Positions 1 to 11,780 of a DNA stretch of 64,000 nucleotides are shown piece by piece; within the stretch, counting starts at the first letter, position 1, and every line of letters begins with the position of its first letter. The notes under the pieces are model-generated. The model was not told the DNA's origin, ran no database searches, and saw only the letters and a program-made list of their open reading frames with translations. The position numbers and the translations under genes were made by a program. This DNA is from Octopus sinensis (taxonomy: Eukaryota): NCBI RefSeq assembly GCF_006345805.1, contig NC_043005.1, positions 16,368,001 to 16,432,000 on the forward strand, in the 5' to 3' direction.

Positions 1-29
1 GACAGGAAATAACTGGATTAGGGGAAATA

Positions 30-330
30 AACAGTGTGAACCTAAGGACAAATAAATACAAGACAGTCGAGGATTCAGTTTATTTGTCAAGTCAACCCAT
101 ACAGTAAGGTAATAATGAAAGGATAAAGGTAACTTTGTGCTATGAGAACATCTTCAGATCTTCTTCACCTCAGTAGAGTAAATACCAATAACAAAACATG
201 AACGAGTTCTTTACATGCCAGAGCAGATTGGACGGACAGCAGGAGAAATACATCTAATCTGGTGACCATGCTGAATATCACCCAATAAATCCCTAGATGC
301 TACGCATTGCTGTGAGTAACGTAATCTTCG
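30..330 (+). mobile_element. Possible highly decayed RTE-like LINE reverse-transcriptase C-terminal remnant
   Basis: Manual translation with stops gives ...TNKYKTVEDSVYLSSQ...IKVTLC...MLRIAVSN, weakly resembling the RTE 'EVVDSFVYLGS...EIKRRI...LRI.W...VSN' region. Confidence 0.3.
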
Positions 331-1061
331 ACCAATCGAAAACATGGTATATCCAGATGACTATATCTGTGACTAGAAAAGAATTTTGTGTACGTCGATA
401 AAGAAAGCAACAAAACATGTCTGTGTTGGTAAATCGTGGGCTGAAATATATATTAATATCCTGGTGGAAGTAGGGTCATTTTGTCAAAGAAAGATCTTGC
501 CAAAAATATTGAATTCTGCCTCGTATTCCACTTCGAGCAAGATATCCCAGAACACTTCAGTATTCCGTAGTAATGTGACGGGATACCGTTGACAGACTAA
601 GCATTTCCAATAAGGGATCATTTGATCATTTTGTCCGACTATCGAGCAGATCCCATTGCACAGTGAAACGATCTAACCCCTGTAAACAATATTGAAACCG
701 GCTACTGAGTGGACCTCTGCCAAGTAATGACGGTCGACCCTACCGAAGACTTTGGATTTCTTTTCAAATAGATCAGAGCCCGCTGAATCTAGACAAGCCA
801 TCAAAACATAAACTAAGTGGAGGTGGAGAATGTGTATTTTGAATTAGGGTATAAAAAATACAAAAGACTAGAGCGTACAGAACTAAGGCATCGCCTGAAA
901 CAAATAAACTAGTATCCATAAAAATGATGACAATTCCAATAGAGTCAGGGCTTTGATCCTCAAATTTCCCAGATAAACAGAAAAGGTATAAATTGATAAG
1001 TAGAGAATAAGTTTCTATTCTACCGCTTGTCTAACTCCATGCTGGTGCATTCGAGTAATCT

Positions 1062-1505
1062 TTCTTTCTTCTAACCGCTCAGTCGAAGTCGACTCTCGGT
1101 CACTCGTTGGATCAGTGTCCTCCAGTCAGTTCTATCCTGGGCCGCTTCTTTCAGACTGGCTATGTCCATTCCGGTATCACTCTTGATGGTGTCAAGCCAG
1201 CGGGTTCTTGGTCGGCCTCTTCCTCTCTTGCCACTGACCATTCCGAGCATGATGTCCTTCTCCAGGGATTTTCTCCGCATAATATGACCGAAATATGCCA
1301 ATCTATGCTTGGTGATCCTAGCTTCTAGCGACATTTTCGGCCTTATCTGCTTAAGAACTTCTCCATTGGTGAGCCTCGCTGTCCATGGAATCCGTAAAAG
1401 TCTTCTCCAACACCAAAGCTCGAATGCATTAATTCTCTTCTGGTCAGCTTTCTTTAGTGTCCAGGTCTCGCATCCATATGTTGCTATTGGGATAATTATT
1501 AGTTG
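1062..1505 (-). mobile_element. 5'-truncated RTE-clade (BovB-like) LINE, RT C-terminus plus short (GAAA)n tail
   Basis: ORF 1071-1553(-) contains IATYGCETWTLKKADQKRINAFELWCWRRLLRIPWTAR...YFGHIMRR..LEKDIMLGMVSGKRGRGRPRTRWLD, the diagnostic RTE C-terminus. The stop is followed by AAGAAAGAAAGA. Confidence 0.93.
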
Positions 1506-1810
1506 GACGGAGCCTACCTGAACAAATTTAAGAGGCTCCTGCACCTCTCCCATTTAAGAGCTACATTCATTTGATCCTAGCGTGCGTCTAAGATGGTATT
1601 CCAATCCCCAATGAGGGAGCTGTATCCAGAAAAGGTTTCCCGTTGCCTGAAAAGGTACAGCCATCCTGTCCCCGTTAGGACATAGACGATCACTAGCCTC
1701 GGAGCAGCATCTTCACAGCTCAGAATATATTTCTGGAATGACCTTTGGTACTAACCAGAATTTTTACAAGTCGCTCTTCATCGTGCAACAACTTCATACT
1801 ATTTCATGGA
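1506..1810 (-). mobile_element. Decayed Tx1/L1-clade apurinic endonuclease fragment
   Basis: Minus-strand translation RLVIVYVLTGTGWLYLFRQRETFSGYSSLIGDWNTILDAR*D matches the APE motifs 'RLVAVYAP...FF..L..FL' and 'LVGDWNAILD'. It apparently continues beyond the RTE insert at ~1060-1020 (DYSNAPAWS*). Confidence 0.6.
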
Positions 1811-2752
1811 AACCAGGATTATCCTAATCATTGTTCTGAGATTCCGACCTCCATTCGACTTAATAGGCATCCCGCCACGGATTGAGCAAAGCTTTTTCAA
1901 GCTCTTCTTCCGGAGCAGACCGAAGCGCTGACTGTTTTCCCGTGAGAAGTAGAGTTACACCACTGTGCTCGCCATCCTCTTCTGCATGGACTCCCTTCTC
2001 AATGAATCATGGTCTTTCGTAGCTTCGCCTATCATCCTACATTTTCCTGAATCCTTGTTAAATTTAGGGTTTTTTTGTTTTAGTTTCCAGCTATACTGGC
2101 AAAAGATGTTGTTATTACTGTATTCTGTACCGCTGCCGCTGGTACTCCTGCTGATGGTGACAGTGTTGGTGGAGGTGATGTCAACGCTGAGAAAACTAAC
2201 GACTTTTGGTGCTATCATTGACATAATTCCCAGTGATAATATTTACGTTATTGTTCATACGAGTAGTGTTACTGTTGTTATACACTTCGTTTCGAAAAGA
2301 ATCTTCATTTTCCCCCCTTTCTTTTTCTTTTCTTTTTTTTTTTCAAATAAAAATTATTTTATTCATTTGCGTGTACGTGAGCGGGGATTATTTTGTTTAT
2401 ATTCCTTTAAGTGTGCAAGGCTGCCTTCGCCGTTGTGAGAGTCTCCTCTTTCTACTTTCCCGCCGCCATCGAAGTCGCTATGCTTTTGATACAAAAAATT
2501 CCAAATTGCATCCCAGGGAGAAAACTCAAACATCAAATCAAGCAACAACAAAAAATAAACTTTATTCCACCTCCAATGGAGCAGAAAACACGAAATTAAA
2601 TACAAACTCCTGTTTAAAACAGTTTACAGTAAAGCAAAAACAGAACAACACCCATCTGAATCACAAGTAAAACACAAAGCCCATCAGAAGGAGGATAATT
2701 TTTTTTCCATTAGTAATCTATATAATAACAACAACAACAATAACAATAATAA

Positions 2753-2967
2753 TACATGTTTTGAGAGGGATTCTTTGGGGTTTGAATAATTCTTCTCTGG
2801 AAACGTGGGTGGTTCGTTCAACATCCTTAAACTACCCTTATTCAGGGACCTTTTGAGCAGGATGGGTTACTCGACCAGAAGAAAATTCCGGTCATGATGG
2901 GTATACTGGAGTTTCGTATATTTTATCCCAGTGCCACTTTGATGGCATGTACTGCTCTCTCACTCAG
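2753..2967 (+). mobile_element. Internally deleted copy of the (AAT)n-flanked non-coding element (copy X1)
   Basis: Matches the 3' half of 4393-4934 and 23024-23577, with an internal deletion at GAAGAAAATTC|CGGTCATGATGG. Followed by (AAT)n. Confidence 0.85.
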
Positions 2968-2978
2968 TAATGATGATG

Positions 2979-3036
<58 letters not shown>

Positions 3037-3583
3037 GTCCCGATTCTGTGGGACTTTCCAGTACATACAGACTGAACCATCAAAGCCAATAAACCGGATA
3101 TTGTTGTGAAAGACCAAAACAATAAAGTTTGCTTATTGATCGACATGAGCATCCCCCTGTGATCACAATATCTTGGCGAAAGAGTTTGACAAGCTCAGAA
3201 AATATAAAGACCTGCTCATTGAAATTGAGAAAATGTGGCATCTCAAGGCGGTTACAATAGCAGTGATCGTAGGAGCACTAGGAATGATCAAGAAGGGGAA
3301 CCAAAAATTATATGAGAATGATCCCTGGCTTACCATCCCTGCAAGAAGTTCAAAAGATTGTCTTAACTGGTACATCACACGTATTGAGAAGAGCATTGTC
3401 GATGTGAGAATTATTACTACCCATGTATTTTAATTTAACTTTATTGTTTTCAAAAAAGAAATGAACGAACTAGTGAGTTTAGTTTAATGGTCTACCAATG
3501 TATACTATGAGTTTCTTTGCCCTAGGAGTCGGGAAGACACTAGGCAAGAAATGGAAGCAAATTTGAAAGAAGAAAAACCCATA
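3037..3583 (+). mobile_element. 5'-truncated R4/Dong-clade non-LTR retrotransposon (restriction-like endonuclease domain plus 3' UTR) in (AAT)n
   Basis: With two frameshifts it reads ILWDFPVHTD*TIKANKPDIVVKDQNNKVCLLIDMSIP/CDHNILAKEFDKLRKYKDLLIEIEKMWHLKAVTIAVIVGALG.../MIPGLPSLQEVQKIVLTGTSHVLRRALSM*, i.e. a PD..D RLE domain. (AAT)n arrays lie on both sides. Confidence 0.9.
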
Positions 3584-3636
<53 letters not shown>

Positions 3637-3639
<3 letters not shown>

Positions 3640-3849
3640 ATGTTTTGAGAGGGATTCTTTGGGGTTTGAATAATTCTCCTCTGGAAACGTGGGTGGTTCG
3701 TTCAACATCCTTAAACTAACCTTATTCAGGGACCTTTTGAGCAGGATGGGTTACTCGACCAGAAGAAAATTCCGGTCATGATGGGTATACTGGGCTTCGT
3801 ATATTTTATCCCAGTGTCACTTTGATGGCATGTACTGCTCTCTCACTCA

Positions 3850-3850
<1 letters not shown>
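3637..3850 (+). mobile_element. Second internally deleted copy (X2), near-identical to 2753-2967
   Basis: Same start (TACATGTTTTGAGAGGG), same deletion junction and same end (CTCTCACTCAG) as X1. Confidence 0.85.
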
Positions 3851-3904
<54 letters not shown>

Positions 3905-3905
<1 letters not shown>

Positions 3906-4060
3906 CCCTTCTACTATAAGCACAAAATATGAAATTTCGTGGGAGGGGGTGCGTCAATTGCCTCGATGCCAGTACCTGAATGGTACTTATTTTAACGGTC
4001 CCGAGAAAATGAAAGAAAAAGTCAACCTCGGTAGGATTTTAAATCAAAGTCGAACGAAAT
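3905..4060 (-). mobile_element. tRNA-derived SINE family B variant with (ATT)n tail, partial
   Basis: Contains the family-B core (...GGTACTTATTT...GAAAATGAAAG..AAAGTCAACCTCGG) next to CCCTTCTACTATAAGCAC and an (AAT)n array. Confidence 0.65.
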
Positions 4061-4109
4061 TCTCCCTGTCCGCCACATGATGATAATAATAATAATAATA
4101 ATAATAATA

Positions 4110-4138
<29 letters not shown>

Positions 4139-4140
<2 letters not shown>

Positions 4141-4348
4141 CCTTTCTACTATAGGCACAAGACATGAAATATGGTTGGTGAGTTGAGGCTAGATTATTAT
4201 GTCGACCCCAGTACTCAACTGGTACTTATCTTATTGGCTCTAAGAAGATAAAAGCCAAAGTTTACCTCGGTGGAATTTCAAATCAAAACGCGAAAACGAA
4301 CGAAATTCCGTGAAGCATTTTGTCTGACGTGCTAACGATTCTTCCGGC
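4139..4348 (-). mobile_element. tRNA-derived SINE family B variant with (ATT)n tail
   Basis: GTCGACCCCAGTACTCAACTGGTACTTAT...ACCTCGGTGGAATTT...GCATTTTGTCTGACGTGCTAACGATTCT, between (AAT)n arrays. Similar partial copies lie at ~4950-5360, ~23611-23770, ~58596-58950 and ~59030-59211. Confidence 0.7.
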
Positions 4349-4391
<43 letters not shown>

Positions 4392-4392
4392 T

Positions 4393-4934
4393 CCCTGATG
4401 CAGTACCTGATAGTGGCTCGTATGGCTTCTGATCTTAATTGACTGAAAGCGTTATCATATACATTGTTTTGTTTTGGTATAAAAGATGGGCTACAGCAAA
4501 TATTCCGCTCAATACCACAGTTACTTGACCTTAACCAATTGAGCATGTCCCTAAGTGGCTGACGATATGTGCATCTCTGATCACGAGCAGAAGTAGTGAG
4601 GGAGCATCATAGCCATGTGTTGTGAAGAATTCTTTGGGGTTCGAAAAATTCACCTTTGGAAACGTTAGTGTTTCGTTCAACGTCCTTAAACAACCCTTAT
4701 TCAGGGACCTTTTGAGCAGGATGGGCTACTAGACCAGAAGAAAATTCTGACTGGGCCCCCACCTGCAAGGTCATGTGCTGTTTATTTTGATATGAGATCA
4801 CCATGTCACGCACATATGGTTGTGATGCATGTGCCTAGTGTACCCTTATCAGACGGGTAGTCATGGTGGATATACTGGGCCTTGTATATTTTACCCCACT
4901 GTCACTTTGATGGCATGCACTACTCTCTCACTCA
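4393..4934 (+). mobile_element. ~550 bp non-coding repeat flanked on both sides by (AAT)n
   Basis: Colinear with 23024-23577, from CCCTGATGCAGTACC to GATGGCATGC..CTCTCTCACT. No ORF. Both ends abut (AAT)n. Confidence 0.8.
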
Positions 4935-5783
4935 ATGATAATAATAATTGGAGAGAGAGATTTAAGTGATACCATCAACTCCAGTACTTGACTGATAGTT
5001 TATTTTATAGATCTCAGAGCAATGAAATGTAAAGTTGATTTCAATAAGATTTGAACTCGGAACATAAAGAACTGGAAGAAATACAGAAAGAATGTTCTTC
5101 CCCGATGCTCAAACAATTACGCCAGTTTACAAGCCATTTTTTTCTTCTCATTTAGGCACGAGACCAGCAATTTTGAGGGGAAGTGTTTAGTCGATTACAT
5201 TGACCCCCGCTTCCACTTCTTGATTGGTATTTTATTTATCGACATCGATCCCGAAATGATGAAAGGCCAGGTTGACCACAACAAGATTTGAACTCAGAAA
5301 CGTACAGAGCCGGAGTAAATATCGCAAAGTTTTTATCCGACGCTTCAACGATTCCGTTAAACGTTGCATGATAAAAAGAATCTTCTGACCGGTCACTGAC
5401 CCAAATGACCTTTCTTCTGAAGCTCTGGTATTTATTTTTGATATTTGAACTCCAATTGATAAAAGCCCGCAGTCTCAACACAGCGCTGATGATAAGAAAT
5501 GAACCACTGACCTTTTTGCCATTTATCTGGTGTCCTGTCGACTTGGGCTTCCTACACAAGCATACACGCATATTCTCTCTAACTATGTCCCCCTCCCCAC
5601 TCTCTTTCTCTATTTCATTAAACCACCATCCCAAAGCCGGAATCACAAGGGCTTATAGTTCAGTTTGTAAACTTAGTTTATAAAATCTTGATAACAGCAA
5701 CGCTATGTCTAAACTATTATTTTACTCACTACATCACCAAAGCCAACCAGCTGTTGGTGACATTGCTATTTCACAAGTTTCCT

Positions 5784-5834
<51 letters not shown>

Positions 5835-6446
5835 AGTATGTGCCCCAATCTCTGTCATCTAACACAAATAGATTCAGGAAGTTGTCTGGCAGAAAGGAAA
5901 AAAAAAAAAACAACGCCTCCCCTTCTTGTTTCCAGTAATAATGACAAAATACTTCGAGATCTGTGAATGTCAAGGAATTTAAAACAGGCACATAACAAAA
6001 ACCAACCAAAGCAACCAACCAAACAAACAAACAAGTTAAAATTAATGAAAATACAAAACAAGAAATGCGAATGAAAAGGAAAATGTAAACTTTTATCATA
6101 TGTTTCTTCTGGTTGGATGTGTAATGATGGAGATGCGGAGGCGAAGGTGCAATAGTTTTGGGGGTTTTTTTAAGTAAGATTACGTATTTTTGTGTCGGGT
6201 CAAACTAAAATATCCTATGAATAAAGTCACATTATTCACTGGGTTATCTCACTTCTCACACACTGAGAAGCTTCTAGAAATAGCTGATGAAACCCTTCTA
6301 ATCACACTCTGCTGTTTCATAGGATGGAAGTACACATTGGATAATGCAGGATTAAGAGAATATCTCTTTCTGTTATGTGAACATTTCTAGTTCTATACTT
6401 CCTAGAGGTCGTTCTGTATGCTAGAGAAAAAAACGCAAAATCCTCC

Positions 6447-7040
6447 CGCCTCTCTCTCTCCCACTCTCTCTTTCTTACTCTCTATATCTCTGTTTTCTCT
6501 CTCTCTCTCTCTCACTCACTCTCTATATCTCTGTTTTCTCTCTCTCTCTCTCTCACTCACTCTCTCTCTCTCTCTATCCATCCATCTATCTATCTATCTA
6601 ATTGTCTGCCTGTCTCTGTCGATCTCTCTCTCCCTCTCTCTTTCTTACTCTCTATCTGTATCTGTTCTCTCTCTCTCTCTCACTCTTTTTATCTATCCAC
6701 CTGTCTGCCTGTTTCTGTCGATCTCTCTCCCACTCTCTCTTTCTTACTCTCTATATCTCTGTTTTCTCCCTCTCTCACTCACTCTCCCTCTATCCATCTA
6801 TCTATCTATCTAATTGTCTGCCTATCTCTGTCGGTCTCTCACTCCCTCTCTCTTTCTTACTCTCTATCTGTATCTGTTCTCTCTCTCTCTCTCACCCTTT
6901 TTATTTATCCACCTGTCTGTTTCTGTCGATCTCTCTCTCCCTCTCTCTTTCTTACTCTCTATCTGTATCTGTTCTCTCTCTCTCTCTCACTCTTTTTATC
7001 TATCCATCTGTCTGACTGTCTCTGTCGATCTCCTCCCTCT
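6447..7040. repeat. Polypyrimidine (CT-rich) compound minisatellite with a ~100-170 bp higher-order unit
   Basis: The marker TTTCTTACTCTCTAT recurs at ~6471, 6641, 6740, 6853 and 6948 within (CT)n/(CTAT)n tracts. Confidence 0.9.
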
Positions 7041-9049
7041 CTCTCCCTTCTTTCAGGAAGAATTCATCCGTGGTCAGACCAGACGAAGGATAAGCTCTGT
7101 CAGGTTGAAAAAGGACCCAGACACGCTGTATATCAAAACGGCTCCCCTATAACTCTATCAGGAGTTGAAGCTTCAAGAGTAAGACCTCAATTAGTCGGAA
7201 GGAAAGGCGTGTCCATAACCCTTTACAGGGTCCCTAAAACTAGTAAGAGGGAGGAAGTTATCCTCAATCCAGAGATCTGGTCCGATTGTTTGAAATAGAG
7301 GGGCCTCCACTAAAAGGTACCCACTTAGATAGGCTATGGCGGAATTTGAACTCCGATTGATAAAAGCCAGAACAAATAACGCGAAGCAGACAGTTCTTAC
7401 ACTCCGCTAATCCATCGTCCAGGATTAATACTTATCCATTGACCTCCGGCTGAACTCAGAGCACCGAGAATTGGAATGCGAAGTATTAAAATAGTTTGCA
7501 TTTCAATTCCCAGTGCTCTGATATGTGATATTTAGGACTATATTACGGATTGTGCCGTTTTCTTAAGACGGATCACTGTAATTCTTTTTCAATGGGCCCA
7601 TCAACCACAAGGGGACAGCATTTGTCTTAAAACAAAAAAGCTAATAACTATAACTGCAGATCTGGTATACACAGTTGAGACAGTACTAAATTAAAATAGC
7701 TTTCTGTGTATCATACTCTATGTATATATATATATATATACACCGTTGATAGACCAGTTGCTCTTATGGTCTTCCAGTGTTAAAAACGCAATAAATATCA
7801 GACGGAGAAGAGAAATTACCCCAGCAGAGACCAACGTGTACACCAGATGTTTTCTGTCCTTTTTGGACCTTTTCAATGACATATACTCTCTCCTATATTG
7901 AAGACAACGAATTCTCCTCCAGGCATGTGTCTGGCAGCGAATGCACGTCATTGGAAAGGCCAAAAGAGGTTACAATGTACCAGGCGTTCACGCTGACCGC
8001 TATTGTGGAGATTTTGATTTTCCTCTGCTGTTTATAGTGTTCTTAACACAGAATTTCCGTAAGAGATGTTATCTGAGGGTGAATACCTCAGTAACTGGCT
8101 TATCAACAGTGTATATACAATATGTATGATGCCAAGATGGTCATTTCAATAACTACTAGTTTGACAATGTAGCCGTAGATAGCCTATATTTGCAAAAATA
8201 AATAAATGTTGATCACAGCTGGTACAGTCTTCTCGATCAGAACTAATCTGGAGCTAAACAACAACAACAACAACAACAAGCATCAATACAGCTGCCCTTA
8301 ATTGCTTTTATAAAGTAGATCACATAATCCAACACATAGATCAAAAATAGGAACAATAAATTGATGTAAGTATATTCATATGTTGTATTTCCTCATTTTT
8401 CGCTCTCATCTTGTCACATTTTTCCTTTTATTTATTTATTTGCATTAATGAGACCCGGCTGTGAGTCGAATTCCAAGTAGACCCCTTGTGGAGTTATCAT
8501 AACAGAAGGGTTGATAACTCAACCTGTTCACAGATATAGCAAGAAATATTAGCTAAGTTGGTATTTTTTTTTCTTTTACATGTTTCAGTCATTAGACTGC
8601 AGCCATGCTGGGGCACCGAACCAGGGATGTGCCACCTAGGCAGACAAGGTAGACAGTGCCTATGTTGAATAAAATAGATCGATAGCAACATTTTCCGGAT
8701 CTGTTCAGTTTGACACAGACAAGTTTTTAATTATTTTTTTTTAACTAAACAGTTTGAAATTTCGTATGCTAGTGGAATATCTCACGCAGAACACGGTTTA
8801 CTTTGAACATTTTTGACAAAATTTAGTATTTTAGAAGTTGAACAGATCCCATTTTCCTTTTGTGGCAAAATATGCACCTAATTCAATAAAATTATGAAGG
8901 TTACTCTGATTACTATGCATAAAATGCAAAATATTTTATTTTTTTGTAAATTAGGTAAGCATAATTGGCCCCTGTTTTTCAATCTCAGTATTAAAGCCAT
9001 GCATAGTACTTCTGCAGTACACATGCTGCATACACTCCTACAACACCAT

Positions 9050-9263
9050 TTTCTTTTTGGATAAACTTGTGACTGGTGATGAAAAATGGGTCTTCTATCA
9101 AAATGTTAAATGTTGTAAACAGTGGCTTGGTAAACGGGAACCAGCTCAACCACAACCGAGAAGGGAACTTCATGGGAAAAGGTTCTTTTCTCTATCTGGT
9201 GGGATTGCACAGGAGTAATTCACTTTGAATTGTTACCACCTAATGCAACAATCGATGCTCAAA
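9050..9263 (+). mobile_element. Mariner transposase catalytic-domain fragment
   Basis: FLDKLVTGDEKWVFYQNVK..KQW...EPAQPQPRRELHGK/VLFSIWWDCTGVIHFELLPPNATIDAQ contains the classic mariner 'VTGDEKW' and 'WWD..GVI.FELL' motifs. Confidence 0.92.
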
Positions 9264-9442
9264 GTCCCATAGGTTACTGTGTATTGAGCACCATTGAGAA
9301 AAGCACCAACCACTTTGTCTGCAACACTAAGGCCAAGCTGGTGTCCAAGATCAGGGTGTTCAAAGGTTTTCCCAGAGACACAGTGAGGTTCCAAAATCCT
9401 TTTGAGGTTGTGGTGGAAGTTGAGGGTGGTTACATTGAGTAA
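9264..9442 (+). mobile_element. C-terminal fragment of a different Tc1/mariner-superfamily (DD37D/maT-like) transposase
   Basis: PIGYCVLSTIEKSTNHFVCNTKAKLVSKIRVF..FPRDTVR..FEVVVEVEGGYIE* resembles 'PLDY.VW..IE..TN....NTK..L...I...........VR.AC.RFR.R.EAV.EA.GGY.E'. Confidence 0.7.
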
Positions 9443-10010
9443 ATTGTTATTTCTCAGTCATAATCTGGTTGATATTATTTGATTTTTTAAAAATAATTTT
9501 TTTAGATGAGATATTGTTTTCTTTTCCTTTTATGCAAACTGTCAAATTTAGCCTGAATGTATACATGCATGTGTGTGCGTGTCTTTGTGTTTGTCCCCAT
9601 CACCACCACTAGTTGACAAACAGTGTCGGTTCATTTACATCCCCATTACACTGCAATTCAGAAAAGGAGACAAATAGAATAAGTATTAGACTTTAAGAAA
9701 AAAAAAAGTAGTGAGGACAATTTCTTTGACTCATGACTGTCGTCCAATGATTGAAACAAGTAAAATATAAAAGATAAAGAGATAAAAACAAAAAGAAACA
9801 ACAAATATGGTTTGTTATTGATGACTTGAAACAAAAAAAAAATTGTCTTTATTAAAACCAACTGACACAACTTGCTACAAAATCTCATTGTGGAGAACAT
9901 GGCCACAAACAAGACCACAACTGTAGTCTCTTTGCAGTCTTTCACTGTCTTTTTTGTTCTTTATGTGTGTGCAAATTTTTCATGTCACAACTGTGAGAAA
10001 TCTTTATTTC

Positions 10011-10054
<44 letters not shown>

Positions 10055-10955
10055 TTATTCAGTTTGTTTAGCCTTCACAGCTAAGGACATATTGAAACAC
10101 CACCATGTTTGTGTGTATGTATGTATGCCTGGATATATATGCTTGTATGTGTGTGTGTGTGTGTGTATATGTATGTGTGCCTATATGAGTATGTTTTCTT
10201 CACATTTCTAAATTCAAATGCATGGTGTGTGTGTGATTATAGATATTGACAAATCATGGTTTGTAATTGACGGTGATATGTGCACTGGGCTGACACCAGC
10301 TGAAGGTGTGCAACAACCATTGAATTATTGACACAGAAACTTAAAGTCTTGAATGTAAGTCTCTATACCTGTATTATTTGATACACACACAGACACTCAC
10401 ACATGCAAACACAGATACATTCATATAATTGCTCAAACATACAAACTCATACTGACAGTTGGGATGTCATGAAATATCCACATATACAAATCAGTTAACT
10501 TTACATTTACACACACACACACACTCATACACACAAGAGAGAAGACAAAGAATATTTAGGAAATATATCCAATGAAAGGTTGATATGTTCATCATGTTCT
10601 CATATTTTTGCTTCCATTTTTATTTTTGTCTTTCATGCTTTTACATCTGTTCCACCATTTCATCATCAAAAATGAAATGCTTCGTTATTAATATTTTAAT
10701 TTGGTGAGGAGAGGGTAGAATCCTTGTGTGAGTGTGAAAATTAGTAAATTCAGCAATTTACATATCGTCGGAGTAATACCCTTCATCACTGCTAACCACA
10801 CAAACCCTAGATAGCACATAAGACCTGGTTTGTCATTAGAGAGAAGTGATTCATACAGAGTTACACGAAACTCAAATGGTAGTTGGTTGCTTGCTTAGTC
10901 ATTTAGTACCGATGGTAATATTTTGAATCAGTTCATGTTTGATCTCATAACCGAC

Positions 10956-11194
10956 AATACCTATTTCTTTATTACCCACAAGGGGCTAAACATAGAGGGG
11001 ACAAACAAGGACAGACATAGGTATCATGTCGATTACATCGACCCCAGTGCATAACTGGTACTTAATTTATCGACCCCGAAAGGATGAAAGGCAAAGTCGA
11101 CCTCGGCGGAATTTGAACTCAGAACATAACAGCAGACGAAGTACCGCAAAGCATTTCGCCCGGAGTGCTAACGCTTCTGCTAGCTCGCCGCCTT
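10956..11194 (-). mobile_element. tRNA-derived SINE family B, full-length
   Basis: The minus strand begins GGCGGCGAGCTAGCAGAAGCG (A box) and contains GAGTTCAAATTCC (B box), the core GAGGTCGACTTTGCCTTTCATCCTTTCGGGGTCGATAAATTAAGTACCAG and the end TAATAAAGAAATAGGTATT. Confidence 0.9.
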
Positions 11195-11746
11195 ATAACC
11201 AACATTACTGACATTACCGCAATACCTCCACACACCTCGCTTGACAAGGGACATAGAGGAGTAGCTTTGACCCTTTGCAGAAGAAATACCCAAGGCCTTT
11301 GTAACCCCCACCTTATGGTTTCAGACAAACAACATTGCTCCAGGAACACACGATGCATCAAAATATGCAGAAAAAAATTGCATTGTTGCACCTTTCAGTT
11401 TTGAAAACATTGTAAATAAGTAAAACAATTGTTGTAAAAATATTGTTGGTGGTGGTTTTTTTTTTTTTTTCTGAATGTCCTTGTGGGTGAAGGGGCTCCT
11501 TTTTTTTTCAACTTTTCTGGAATGTTTGAGTTGTAAATAAATAAGAGAAGAAATACCCTTACTCAGATTGTTTTTGGGTGGGTTGCGAAAAAAAAAAAAA
11601 GTATCCATTAGAAAATGGAATGTTTTTTTGTTACTTTTTTTGTATGTATATATGTATGTGTATATATATATATTTCTTCTTCCATATATAAATTGTAATG
11701 AAAGCAAGGTGAATTTTGTTATTAAATTATAAACTTTGTTAGTTTT

Positions 11747-11780
<34 letters not shown>

